The notes under the pieces are model-generated. The model was not told the DNA's origin. It ran no database searches and worked only from the letters and a program-made list of their open reading frames with translations. This document shows, one piece after another, positions 1-8,995 of a stretch of 20,000 bases of DNA. How positions within the stretch are numbered: the stretch's first letter is position 1; the number at the start of each line of letters is the position of its first letter. Made by a program: the position numbers and the translations under genes. The stretch is from an uncultured virus (IMG/VR IMGVR_UViG_3300037963_005433). Taxonomy: Duplodnaviria; Heunggongvirae; Uroviricota; Caudoviricetes. The DNA lies in the IMG/VR virus record IMGVR_UViG_3300037963_005433, positions 58,173 through 78,172 of that record; one strand, 5' to 3'.

Positions 1-815
1 CCAAAAGCTAAAGCAGGTCCATAGTTGCCATTACTAGATGTTCCGTTGCCTCTAATGAAAAGACCAACGCCATCGTAATCATTGTAAGTAGCGTTGAAGT
101 TGCCCGATGCTGGATCAGTTGTTAATACTGCGTTGGGCGACGATGTTCCAATGCCAACTCGCCCAGAGCTGTCGATGCGTAGACGCTCCGCGTTGTTAGC
201 AAAAAACAGCATTGCATCATCGTTATTTGCATACTGGATTTGACCGATATTGTTATCATCACTATCGCCCATTTGAATTACAGACGTTCCAGACGTTGAT
301 GCATTGAGCATCAAGATCGGATTCCCTGAGCCTGTACCAATTTTTACGGTGCCATCAGATTGGATACGCATCCGCTCGGTCGGGCTGTCTCCGCCGTCCG
401 CTGTGGTGGAAAATACTAAACGGGTTGGCTTATCATCATCCCCATGATCACCATCGGCAAAAGCACGAATTGTTGCGCACTCTTGATGAGTTGTAGCTGT
501 TGAATCATTGCCATACCAACTGATTGCACCAAGTTCGTTGCCAGAAGATACGGAAGTGTCGTTACGCAATAGCGCAATAGCGCCGCCACCATTACGGGCA
601 ACTTGCAGCATTTCGTTGTTTCCGCCGAATGCACTAGTCGTACCAATCATCACTCGACCAGAGCCATCAACTGTTAAGCGTGCGATTGATTGGGTTGCTA
701 CTGCTACTTCATTTTCAGCACCACAAAACACGCCGGTTTGCGGTGCATCGGAGGTGCTTGCAAAGGCAAGAGCCTGAACCAGATCACTAATAAGTTGTGC
801 TCTTGTCTGTGACAT
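1..815 (-). CDS. Tail fibre / virion structural protein, N-terminal part (runs off the window)
   Basis: Not in the ORF track. ATG at 815, open to position 1: MSQTRAQLISDLVQ...; repeated ERMRIQSDGTVKIGT, ERLRIDSSGRVGIGTSSP and RLTVDGSGRVMIGTT motifs typical of cyanophage tail fibres. Confidence 0.8.
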   Translation of the reverse strand, partial: MSQTRAQLISDLVQALAFASTSDAPQTGVFCGAENEVAVATQSIARLTVDGSGRVMIGTTSAFGGNNEMLQVARNGGGAIALLRNDTSVSSGNELGAISWYGNDSTATTHQECATIRAFADGDHGDDDKPTRLVFSTTADGGDSPTERMRIQSDGTVKIGTGSGNPILMLNASTSGTSVIQMGDSDDNNIGQIQYANNDDAMLFFANNAERLRIDSSGRVGIGTSSPNAVLTTDPASGNFNATYNDYDGVGLFIRGNGTSSNGNYGPALAF

Positions 816-867
816 CTTTTTAAAACTATTTCCGTCTTTCTATTTTACGACTTGTAGTCTGGGCAAT

Positions 868-892
868 AAAAAAGCCCGCTTGGTGCGGGCTT
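868..892 (-). terminator. Rho-independent terminator
   Basis: Minus strand AAGCCCGC-ACCAA-GCGGGCTT followed by a T tract, just downstream of 913..1278. Confidence 0.85.
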
Positions 893-912
893 GTCAGTAT
901 GTAATTAAAAAA

Positions 913-1278
913 TCAGAAGTTCCACTTCAGGCCTGCTTTGGAGCCATAGGAGGCATCATCAGCAAAGACACCAGACAGTTCACCGTAGACTGACAGTGAT
1001 TCGGTAGCCGCCACAGAGAAACCAGTCTTGGCGCTGAGGTCAGTGCTGTTGCTGCCGGTGGCAGGGTTCGAGAGGTAAGGACCACCCTGGAGATACCATC
1101 CAAGTGCACCGGTGGTGCCTTCAATACCAACATGGATGTCTGTACCGTGACCAGCACCCTTACCTTTCTTGTCCCAACCTGCGTTGTTCTCAATGTTTAA
1201 GTAAGGTCCAGCCAGGACGGGGCTTGCAATCAGACAGGAGATGCAAGCAACTGAGAATGCTTTAATTGCTTTAAGCAC
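913..1278 (-). CDS. Small secreted outer-membrane beta-barrel-like protein
   Basis: Signal peptide (…ASPVLA|GPY), amphipathic beta strands, C-terminal AGLKWNF barrel signature; resembles small picocyanobacterial/cyanophage OMPs. Confidence 0.7.
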   Translation of the reverse strand: MLKAIKAFSVACISCLIASPVLAGPYLNIENNAGWDKKGKGAGHGTDIHVGIEGTTGALGWYLQGGPYLSNPATGSNSTDLSAKTGFSVAATESLSVYGELSGVFADDASYGSKAGLKWNF

Positions 1279-1331
1279 AGTAAGTAAGCGAAATTGCCTA
1301 CGAATCTTAGTATTAAAAAACAGTTTGTCTA

Positions 1332-1598
1332 CTACTGTTCGTACAGTTTTTCAAGTGAATTCGTCTTGGTTTTCTCGTAGTAACCAATACGTTCTTGGAT
1401 AATGTTGTAGTAGCTGATGGCTGCATCAACCATTTCTTCAGCATTCATTTGTGCTGCAAGGCTTTCATTTGCCAGCATTGCAGCGGTCAAGATCGTGACG
1501 CCCCACTCATTCTTGGAGCCAGCAATAGCAGAAAGCGGTGTCCCTTCCTGCGTAAACCCCGCAATCAAGTTAGTTAATTGATCAGGATTTTGCGCCAT
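1332..1598 (-). CDS. Hypothetical protein
   Basis: 88-aa ORF, ATG start, co-oriented with neighbours. Confidence 0.75.
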   Translation of the reverse strand: MAQNPDQLTNLIAGFTQEGTPLSAIAGSKNEWGVTILTAAMLANESLAAQMNAEEMVDAAISYYNIIQERIGYYEKTKTNSLEKLYEQ

Positions 1599-1632
1599 GG
1601 GAACACCGCCGTTTCATTTAATTGTATCGGCC

Positions 1633-1950
1633 CTAGTTTTCGTGCCGAGCAATCCAATACCAANNNNNNNNNNAACAGTTAGCAGCGTTCTGATGGAAAC
1701 GTTTGCTGTTGAGAAGCTTCAGCTTTTTAGCTTCAAGCTCCTCGACCTTGTCTGCGTTACCAGGAAGGATGTCATCACCATTGCAAAGCATTGATGTCTC
1801 CAGTTCATTGGCTTCGATCTGAAGCTCAATGTCCTTCATGGTTTGCTGGTAGCACTGCATTTTGATCTGTGCGTCAGACAGATTCGTTGGTGCCTCCAGC
1901 TTCTGGTACAAGTTGCCCGAGATATTCGGGTGCTTCCACTTCCAATTCAT
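1633..1950 (-). CDS. Hypothetical coiled-coil protein (spans the N gap; start uncertain)
   Basis: C-terminal part of ORF 1633..2214; likely start MNWKWKHP at 1950, overlapping the end of the upstream gene. Confidence 0.55.
   Translation of the reverse strand: MNWKWKHPNISGNLYQKLEAPTNLSDAQIKMQCYQQTMKDIELQIEANELETSMLCNGDDILPGNADKVEELEAKKLKLLNSKRFHQNAANCXXXXWYWIARHEN
1664..1673. other. Assembly gap (10 N)
   Basis: Run of N. Confidence 0.99.
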
Positions 1951-2593
1951 TGCTAACGAGGCGTCGTGTTCGTATCGAAAATTCTTGTATGACTTTGACT
2001 CCGTCTGGTAGTTGCTGTCCGTTCGTGTGGGCGTCGCGTATTGCATCGAGATTCGGGAGGATTTCTGTAGTTGTTTTGGGTTCCGTTCTTTCTTCAAGAA
2101 CTTCTCCTGACATTGAACGTACCACGGTGTGCTTAGTGACGCACACTTCTTGCTGGATGCAGAAGGAATCTTGTTCAGAAGGTTCCCATAACTGCGGATC
2201 CGTTTTGATTTCAACTGCTAGCTCCTTGCGTTTAGATACAGTGAACTGATAGTTACGCCCATTGATCTTGTTGGTATCAAGGGGCAAAGAACGGCGCAAA
2301 TACTTGACCAGTTCTTTTAGCTGCCGCACCTGAGATTCGTGGTGCTTTTGTGCCTCCTGTAGTTTTACTTTTTCTTTTTTAGCGCGTTCCGCACTGTCTT
2401 CGTGATGGGCGAGCGCGTAGTAGATACGATCCACCTTTTCAGACCGTAGCTTGGAACAGGCTTCCAACTCTGCCCGCGCCAAGTCTTGGGACTCAGGAGT
2501 GAGAAGAGGAAAAGAGCGTTCCAGGGCACCATAGTGCTGGTAAAGCTGCAGGACGTTGAGCTTTTCTAGTTTAGTTTGAGTAATTTGTTCCAC
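1874..2593 (-). CDS. Siphovirus Gp157-like protein
   Basis: Coiled-coil N-terminus (SEKVDRIYY…AERAKKEKVKLQ…QLKELVKYL) and C-terminal PNLDAIRDAHTNGQQLPDGVKV pattern typical of the Gp157 family; GTG start. Confidence 0.65.
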   Translation of the reverse strand: MEQITQTKLEKLNVLQLYQHYGALERSFPLLTPESQDLARAELEACSKLRSEKVDRIYYALAHHEDSAERAKKEKVKLQEAQKHHESQVRQLKELVKYLRRSLPLDTNKINGRNYQFTVSKRKELAVEIKTDPQLWEPSEQDSFCIQQEVCVTKHTVVRSMSGEVLEERTEPKTTTEILPNLDAIRDAHTNGQQLPDGVKVIQEFSIRTRRLVSNELEVEAPEYLGQLVPEAGGTNESV

Positions 2594-2601
2594 GGTTCGT
2601 A

Positions 2602-2721
2602 TCAGAAAGAGGTGACGTGGGATTGAATTCGATTCATTGCATATGCCAGCAGCCCAGCGGCTGCTGTCAAAAGAAGATCTCGAAGAATGGGAAGAGCAGA
2701 AGCGAGGATGGTCTCGAACAT
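2602..2721 (-). CDS. Small hydrophobic protein (39 aa)
   Basis: Not in the ORF track: MFETILASALPILRDLLLTAAAGLLAYAMNRIQSHVTSF; fills the intergenic gap. Confidence 0.6.
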   Translation of the reverse strand: MFETILASALPILRDLLLTAAAGLLAYAMNRIQSHVTSF

Positions 2722-2742
2722 TGAAGGAATGGTTTAGGTGTC

Positions 2743-2769
2743 CGTCAGTTTTAGGTCGTGACCAGGACC
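2743..2769 (-). ncRNA. Pseudoknot motif, copy 1
   Basis: GGTC-CTGGTCAC-GACC-TAAAA-CTGACG. Confidence 0.7.
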
Positions 2770-2788
2770 TGGAGTCTAAGGGGGTGTG

Positions 2789-3730
2789 TCAACCCCCCTT
2801 CTTCCAGATGTGCTTGAGCTGTTGCAGGCTGTCACCGGGATATGGGACATAGCCTGCTTCGAGCATGTTGTCGAACAGTTCCCAACTGTCATCTTCTGTA
2901 AAAGTTTCGCCCTTGCGATAGTGCCGCCAGTGACTGAGCGGTGCGTTTACACCGGACTTGGTATGGATAAGGGTCATGCGTCCCTTGGTATTGCCGTCTT
3001 CAGGCGGTGCGTACCACCAGGCAACACACTTCTCTGGTACGTCGTTGCATTCGATCCGGATCTGAGACCGCTTGCTGATGAACTCGCGGTACTTTTCGAC
3101 CCAGCTCAGGTGTTTGCAACGTGGTTTGAAGTGTGGGATCTCTTCCTTGAACGCCTGTAGATGATTGAGCTGGCGATGAAAGGACCCACATGAGCAATAA
3201 GGTTCGCCAAAACTAGCTTGCTCTTCCTGCTCTTCGTCAAAGTCACCATCCAAGTCAAGGAGCCGAGGTTTAATGTGAAACCCGTCTGGTGCAATGAGAT
3301 ACCCAATATCGAACTGTTCGTTCTGGAGTACGGGGAGTAAGGCATCTTTGGTATCAAAGTGGATGAGCTGATCAGCAAACCGTGCCTGGAAACGAGCGTT
3401 GGGATTGAGCCGCTCGCCTAGTGAGTGTGTGTATGACCAGCCTTTGAACAAGACATAACCGTTGTCCCGCCATGCACTGGGTCCACGATAATTAGGTCCA
3501 AGGTACGCAAAGAAGTTCGGTAGTCTGTTTGTGAACTTCGTGAATGCAGCGCAGACCTTTTCCCTGGGAAACTCTTGGCTGGTGCCGTCAGTGCGAGTGA
3601 TGCAAACGTTGTCGCCAACAAGACTGATGCCCGCAATGTCAGTGTCATCAAAGTCATCGAATGCGCGGCGTAAATTAGAACGGCAATAAATGAGAGACTG
3701 TGCCTCATTTAGTTTGGTTTTGGTTTCCAT
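2789..3730 (-). CDS. SWIM-type zinc finger protein
   Basis: YCSCGSFHRQ…PRCKHL (CxC…CxH) motif; likely start METKTK at 3730. Confidence 0.7.
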   Translation of the reverse strand: METKTKLNEAQSLIYCRSNLRRAFDDFDDTDIAGISLVGDNVCITRTDGTSQEFPREKVCAAFTKFTNRLPNFFAYLGPNYRGPSAWRDNGYVLFKGWSYTHSLGERLNPNARFQARFADQLIHFDTKDALLPVLQNEQFDIGYLIAPDGFHIKPRLLDLDGDFDEEQEEQASFGEPYCSCGSFHRQLNHLQAFKEEIPHFKPRCKHLSWVEKYREFISKRSQIRIECNDVPEKCVAWWYAPPEDGNTKGRMTLIHTKSGVNAPLSHWRHYRKGETFTEDDSWELFDNMLEAGYVPYPGDSLQQLKHIWKKGG

Positions 3731-3787
3731 TTGAATAGTTTGAGTTTGGTAAGATGTATGTAACATCCAAACAATCTTGGATATCAC

Positions 3788-4048
3788 ATGGACAACATCA
3801 AGTACGTTTCGTTAAGTCAATTCCAGATTGAACCAACGTTGGACGATAAGTTCTGGCTGGAGAAAGTTAAGCGATTCGTAGATGATTGTGAATCAACCTC
3901 CACATTGAAAGAAGTGGCGACCATGTTAGCCACGATCGCCACCACAAGACAGGGTGTAATTCGTGGGTTGATCCAAGACATGTTCATCTTCCAGAATGTT
4001 GCTGTCGATGAGCAGGACGTGTCCAACCCAGATGTTACTTCAAAGTGA
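3788..4048 (+). CDS. Small helical protein, possibly NblA-like
   Basis: 86-aa ORF filling the gap on the plus strand; helix-loop-helix pattern PTLDDKFWLEKVKRFVDDCES…. Confidence 0.6.
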   Translation: MDNIKYVSLSQFQIEPTLDDKFWLEKVKRFVDDCESTSTLKEVATMLATIATTRQGVIRGLIQDMFIFQNVAVDEQDVSNPDVTSK

Positions 4049-5047
4049 GGCGTCTTCGCCAGTGGGGTTCTGCTGAGCAGGCAGGGCGGGTGCATCGATA
4101 GTGCGGTTGGCAGGGGCGATCATTAGACCGTCCTTCATGCCGTAGCTGCCACCGAGCTTCTCAGCGTCTTGCTTGGCATGCTGGTTGATGTAATCAGCAA
4201 ACAGATCCTGGAACTTCCAAGCACTCTCACGGTTGTCATCCGGGATAGTGAGGTTGTCTAGTGATGCAATAGCTGTGTCTTGATCGCTGTACTCAGGGAT
4301 GTCAAACCCTTCGATGCAGCAGATCTCGACGTTGTTTGCACCACGCATGTCATTCACCAGAGTCGGGATAAAGACTGTGGTGGCAAAGAACTTCTCGTTA
4401 AAGGCCAGGGGTACCTCAGCGTCCAGTGCTTTGCACAGACACTTGGACATTTCTTTCTCGTACATCTTGACCTTTTCGGCCATGTCCGTGCCATTCAAAC
4501 CTTTGAGGGTAAGAACGATGGGAATCTTATGAGCGGGCACATTGTCCTTGGTCAGGATGTTGACCAGGTACTTGGTGCGAACGCTGTACTTACGCTTGTA
4601 CATCTCACCTTTGGCATTCGCCAGATCAGATGCAGTCTTGTCTGCTTCAAAGAGTTCCTTGACTTCAGGATCCTCGAAGGTGCCGATGGTTTGACGCATG
4701 CCACCGGTTTCTTCAACCATCAGTGGTGAACGCAGCAGAATCTGCAGCCGAGGGATGATGAAGTTCAGTCCTTCTTCGATAGAGGTGTTGGGTGCCAAGC
4801 CAAAGGTTTGCTTGTAATCCCAAAGGACGGAGCCCTTGTCGAAGTCAGCTTCCTTGGCAGTCCAGTTGCAGGTGTCCAGATCGGACTTGCGGATGAACCA
4901 ACCACGGGTCTTGGATTTGTTCAGAGGTTGAATCGTAACGAGGTTCTGGTAGCCAGAGACAAACTCTTTGGATTGGAACATCCGGAAGGAGTCAAGGCTG
5001 CGCTTGGTGATGGATGAAGCTTTTTTCACAGTGAGGTTCGTAGTCAT
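4040..5047 (-). CDS. DUF5895-like protein in the replication/recombination module
   Basis: 335-aa ORF; IPRLQILLRSPL and RTKYLVNILTKDNVPAHKIPIVLTLKG segments recall cyanobacterial DUF5895; family call tentative. Confidence 0.5.
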   Translation of the reverse strand: MTTNLTVKKASSITKRSLDSFRMFQSKEFVSGYQNLVTIQPLNKSKTRGWFIRKSDLDTCNWTAKEADFDKGSVLWDYKQTFGLAPNTSIEEGLNFIIPRLQILLRSPLMVEETGGMRQTIGTFEDPEVKELFEADKTASDLANAKGEMYKRKYSVRTKYLVNILTKDNVPAHKIPIVLTLKGLNGTDMAEKVKMYEKEMSKCLCKALDAEVPLAFNEKFFATTVFIPTLVNDMRGANNVEICCIEGFDIPEYSDQDTAIASLDNLTIPDDNRESAWKFQDLFADYINQHAKQDAEKLGGSYGMKDGLMIAPANRTIDAPALPAQQNPTGEDASL

Positions 5048-5059
5048 GAAATGAAAAGC

Positions 5060-5086
5060 GGGCAGTTTTACGTCATGCCCAGGACG
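5060..5086 (-). ncRNA. Pseudoknot motif, copy 2
   Basis: CGTC-CTGGGCAT-GACG-TAAAA-CTGCCC. Confidence 0.75.
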
Positions 5087-5095
5087 ATTTTAGTT

Positions 5096-5191
5096 CTATC
5101 CGCCAGCAGCGAATGTAAACATTAATAACACTGTCATTAGCATTGCTGGAAGTAGAAGCAAGACCAACAACTGCAGCTGATCAACTGTCAT
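5096..5191 (-). CDS. Small membrane peptide (31 aa)
   Basis: Not in the ORF track: MTVDQLQLLVLLLLPAMLMTVLLMFTFAAGG; TAATG stop/start overlap with ssb. Confidence 0.55.
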   Translation of the reverse strand: MTVDQLQLLVLLLLPAMLMTVLLMFTFAAGG

Positions 5192-6072
5192 TAGAACGGA
5201 GCGTTTTCATCATCGGTCGGTGGAGGACCGTAGGCACCAGGAAGATCCGGCAGATTCCCCCTTGCACCCACTGGTTCTTGCACCTTCCAAGGATCACTGG
5301 CAGGTTCTTGCGCAATCGCTGCTTGATGCGGAGAGCTGGGAACTTCTTGTTCCTCAGGATCACCAGTACGTCCACCCCAAAGGGATGTCACCTCCTGTCC
5401 TCCTGCCACGTTTGCTTTTGATTCGACAGGTTTTTGATCAGCAATGCCCTTGGGTGCCAAGGTCATGTTGATGAGCTGCAGCTTGGTTAGAGTGCGTTGC
5501 TCTTTGGTTTCTTTATCGGTCCACGAATCAGTGACGATACGTGCCTCGATTGTCAGACCAGTGCCCTTCTTGGTGTAGTCAGCGATCAGCTTCGCAGGCT
5601 GGAAACGATCGTCGAAACCATTGATGGCGTAGAAGTTGAACAGGTTTGACTCTCCCTTCTTGGTGACAACAGAGAGAGTTTGGTTTGTGATCATGTGGTT
5701 TGGCGTGGTCTTGCACTGCCGTGTGTCTTCAGGATTGATGTCCTTGACACACCGACCTGCCAATACCACGTTGTTCAGGATTGGAAACTGTTCAACATCG
5801 ACAGGAGTTACCACTCCACCATGCAATGAGAACGTCCTGGATTCCAAGTCGTATTGAATCTTGGCACCATGGATGTAGACACCCATGCCTTTCTTCATGG
5901 CACGAAAGCGGTTGCCCTGCTTCTCGCCATAAATGGTCAGCTCAAGATCAGTGGGAGCTTTCTTCCCATAAGGAGGGAGTGTGATTTTACAGCGCATGAC
6001 TGTATTGGTTGCGCCCGTGAAAGCCTCGCGGGGATCTTCCCGGAGTTGAGCGCACACTGTGACGAAGTTCAT
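5191..6072 (-). CDS. ssb: Single-stranded DNA-binding protein with two tandem OB folds
   Basis: MNFVTVCAQLREDP… and LNNVVLAGRCVKD…KKGTGLTIEARIVTDSWTDKETKEQR; disordered tail ending DDENAPF. Confidence 0.85.
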   Translation of the reverse strand: MNFVTVCAQLREDPREAFTGATNTVMRCKITLPPYGKKAPTDLELTIYGEKQGNRFRAMKKGMGVYIHGAKIQYDLESRTFSLHGGVVTPVDVEQFPILNNVVLAGRCVKDINPEDTRQCKTTPNHMITNQTLSVVTKKGESNLFNFYAINGFDDRFQPAKLIADYTKKGTGLTIEARIVTDSWTDKETKEQRTLTKLQLINMTLAPKGIADQKPVESKANVAGGQEVTSLWGGRTGDPEEQEVPSSPHQAAIAQEPASDPWKVQEPVGARGNLPDLPGAYGPPPTDDENAPF

Positions 6073-6091
6073 CGTAGGTACGGAAATGTGT

Positions 6092-6118
6092 TGGCAGTTT
6101 TACGTCTTACCTAGGACG
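6092..6118 (-). ncRNA. Pseudoknot motif, copy 3
   Basis: CGTC-CTAGGTAA-GACG-TAAAA-CTGCCA. Confidence 0.75.
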
Positions 6119-6124
6119 TGGGGA

Positions 6125-7987
6125 TCAATGCGTCTCCGCCCAGGAATGACCTACGCGTGAGTCGCCCTCAATCTTACATCTGAATCCAAAAAATTCTTGA
6201 GCTTCTGGGAATGCTTTCATGGCTTCTTCACGAATTTTTTCTGTGTGCTGCGGTGAGCAAGCCAACTGAATTTCATCGTGGATCATCAGCATCTGTTCCC
6301 ATTGGTGTCCGTGGGGCAAACCCAAGCGGCCTTCGATGTTCTTGTGGGTGTTGATGACAACCTGTTTCATCAGGATTGCACCAGCTGATTGAAGCAAGAC
6401 ATTTAGTCCCTTGAATGCAGACCTGCAAACCAGAGGACGACGATCAAGACCAATCAAATACCCACGAATCCCAATTGTTTCTTCAATCTGATTCTTTAAC
6501 TTTTTAAGCGCAGGTACACCAGTCATGAAGCCGTTGATGGCTGCCTTACCCATGGTTGCAAGCTTGTCGGGGTTCTTCTCATTTGGATCAATGATTGTCC
6601 CCGCCTTAATTGCACCACAGCCATACAACATCCCATACAAAAGACGCTTGCTAATATCCCTGGTTTCAACACCGAACTGCTCCTGGTTGTAGGTGTGAAT
6701 GTCTACTTCTGGATTCACAACCAGTGCTGCGTACTCTCCCTCATCCCACAGTGCCAAGTACCCAGCCAAGCAGCGCAGCTCCAGTGCCTTGGCATCAATA
6801 CCGATTAAGTCCCAACCATCAGGTGGATGAAACAAGCTGCGACATTCATGGCCGTAAGGTGAATAACCAGCGGGAACTTGCCCGAGGTTGGGAGATTTAT
6901 GGGCTGCTCGCCCCGTGATACAGCCATTGGTAATTACATTGCCGTGCATCCTGCTGGTTTGATTGTCAACCAACTTGAGCCAAGCATTACTTCCATCTGC
7001 GATTTGACCAAGACGTTTCTTGATCAACATGTATTCGGCTAGGGGTTTTGCTTCGGGGTATGGGAGTCGTTCCAACACTTCGTCATTAAGGATTGGATTT
7101 CCTTTTTCAGTTTTCTTTTCTGGTTTCCATCCGTACTTTCGTGTAAGTCGATCAACAATTTGCTGACGCGATCCAGGATTGAATTTCTCATATCGGATCT
7201 TTTCGAATGGCTGTCCTGCAACATAACCTCGTTTGGCATTGTTTACCTTCGGCGTAAACCATTCGCTGTGTTTGATGGGCGGGAAGATCTCTTCTAAATG
7301 TTCTTCGATTGCTTTTTGTTTTGCTCTAAGAACATCCACGAGATCAAGAGCTGCATCAATATCAAAAGGAACGCCTGCTCTAATTTGTTTGTTAATTGCA
7401 TAAGCAAATTCATGTTCAAGTTTAAGCGACGATCCCGGGTAGTTTTGCTTCCCGATGTGTAGCCAAAGCTTTTTAGTGACTTCAACGTCCTGGATGCAGT
7501 ACGCCAACATCTCCTCAGAAAATTCGGAGAAGTCTTTGAAGTCGATCTTATGATCGGCCAGTCTCCATCCCCAGGCCTTAAGTGAAGCGGATCCACGCAA
7601 CTTAGGTGGAACCTCCGGATATTGTTCTGTGTCGAGGTCATATAAGACCTCTGCGGGCCAGATGAGTCGTGTGCAGATGAGTGTGTCAAGAATCCGTGCA
7701 GAATGCTGGAAGTTGTAAAGCTTTTCGAGTACGGGAATATCGTAAAAGATTACATTGTGACCAATGAGAATATCGGCACTTGCCAAATGAGCAAGAGCCC
7801 TATCAATAGCATCAGGCCCGTAAGTAAAAGTCTGCCCTCTCTTAATGTCATAGATAACGACACAGTGAGTAAGAGTAACTTCATCGTAAAGACCATCAGT
7901 TTCAATGTCAAAAATTAACCACGTTTCATTTTCTGAATCGGGCTTCAACGCAAATGCTGAGTTCTTGACCTGCGAGATATTCGTCAT
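6125..7987 (-). CDS. polA: DNA polymerase family A (T7 gp5-like) with 3'-5' exonuclease
   Basis: ExoI FDIETDG, ExoII GHNVIFYD, ExoIII YCIQDV; motif A DAKALELR, motif B RDISKRLLYGMLYG, motif C IHDEIQ; ends SWAETH. Confidence 0.97.
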   Translation of the reverse strand: MTNISQVKNSAFALKPDSENETWLIFDIETDGLYDEVTLTHCVVIYDIKRGQTFTYGPDAIDRALAHLASADILIGHNVIFYDIPVLEKLYNFQHSARILDTLICTRLIWPAEVLYDLDTEQYPEVPPKLRGSASLKAWGWRLADHKIDFKDFSEFSEEMLAYCIQDVEVTKKLWLHIGKQNYPGSSLKLEHEFAYAINKQIRAGVPFDIDAALDLVDVLRAKQKAIEEHLEEIFPPIKHSEWFTPKVNNAKRGYVAGQPFEKIRYEKFNPGSRQQIVDRLTRKYGWKPEKKTEKGNPILNDEVLERLPYPEAKPLAEYMLIKKRLGQIADGSNAWLKLVDNQTSRMHGNVITNGCITGRAAHKSPNLGQVPAGYSPYGHECRSLFHPPDGWDLIGIDAKALELRCLAGYLALWDEGEYAALVVNPEVDIHTYNQEQFGVETRDISKRLLYGMLYGCGAIKAGTIIDPNEKNPDKLATMGKAAINGFMTGVPALKKLKNQIEETIGIRGYLIGLDRRPLVCRSAFKGLNVLLQSAGAILMKQVVINTHKNIEGRLGLPHGHQWEQMLMIHDEIQLACSPQHTEKIREEAMKAFPEAQEFFGFRCKIEGDSRVGHSWAETH

Positions 7988-8159
7988 TTTTGTTGATCCA
8001 GTTCAGGATTTGTTGAGCACCAGCACGGTGAGGATGGGAATAAATCCGCCCAAGGGCAGATGTTGAATCTAGATCGATCAGCTGAAAGCTGTTGGTTTCC
8101 ATACAAGGTTTGATACCTTGAGGTTTACCATTCTTCCAGGTAGCGATGACGTAACTCAT
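7926..8159 (-). CDS. Hypothetical protein
   Basis: 77-aa ORF between GP88-like gene and polymerase. Confidence 0.65.
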   Translation of the reverse strand: MSYVIATWKNGKPQGIKPCMETNSFQLIDLDSTSALGRIYSHPHRAGAQQILNWINKNDEYLAGQELSICVEARFRK

Positions 8160-8216
8160 CTGTCAGTTTATTAACCAACAGATGATATTAGATCTTGTAG
8201 GTTGTGCAACCTATTC

Positions 8217-8966
8217 CTACTTGCTGTATCCAACAAAGCCTCCTTCTTTTTTACGTTGAGATAGTGCTTTAGAAGCTTCGGTGTTAGCGCGTTGGCTGCC
8301 ATGAACCAGTAATGCAAACGGTTTGTCACCTAAGCAGTGGCTGTCGTCATGGTCAATCTCTAGACCAAGGTCAGCTGCTTCTTGTTCTGTATAAACCACC
8401 TGTGAAGTGCGAATAAAAACGTCAGGATTTTTATTTATAATTGCATCGAGGTTACCGCCCTTCGATGCTGTCAAATAAAAATTACTAGGAATTTGGTCTT
8501 TGAGATTGAGCCACATGTTGAGTGATTTGGTGTAGGCATAGAAGGTTTGATTGGGACGCTGCTTTGCAACAAGCAGCCATGCTCGCATGTATTCTTCTGT
8601 CCAGAAATCACCAGACTCATGGACACGGATTAGTTTCTTAGGTTTGGTAACCGTAAGAGACAGATCGATTAGATCACGGAGCAGTATGGCTTGGTTGCCA
8701 TTGCCGTACATAGTTTTTCGAATTAGATCCCAGTTGTGCCATCGTGCTTCTCTAACGTTAGGCCGCACTTCGCTCATTGCAGCAAAGCAACGAAAGTCTT
8801 TTGCGTCAGTGCCATTATCATTCGGAATGTCAGTGATCTTGCCTGTCACACGGTCTGCATAGGTACGGCAGACACCAGCGTGTGGACATGAATAACCTGC
8901 TGGCAGTGAGAAGATTAGTCTGTTGCGAAGTTTACCGTTGCCGGTAGAAAACTTGAGGGTTTGCAT
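8217..8966 (-). CDS. Gene product 88 (GP88)-like protein
   Basis: GNGKL…FSLPAGYSCPHAGVC…CFA, IRVHESGDFW, FYAYTKS motifs. Confidence 0.75.
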   Translation of the reverse strand: MQTLKFSTGNGKLRNRLIFSLPAGYSCPHAGVCRTYADRVTGKITDIPNDNGTDAKDFRCFAAMSEVRPNVREARWHNWDLIRKTMYGNGNQAILLRDLIDLSLTVTKPKKLIRVHESGDFWTEEYMRAWLLVAKQRPNQTFYAYTKSLNMWLNLKDQIPSNFYLTASKGGNLDAIINKNPDVFIRTSQVVYTEQEAADLGLEIDHDDSHCLGDKPFALLVHGSQRANTEASKALSQRKKEGGFVGYSK

Positions 8967-8995
8967 TGAGATAGTTTGATAAGTTGTGCTTATGT

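Noticed and set aside
1633..1700. Possible frameshift or pseudogene
   Set aside because: Ambiguity comes from the 10-N assembly gap
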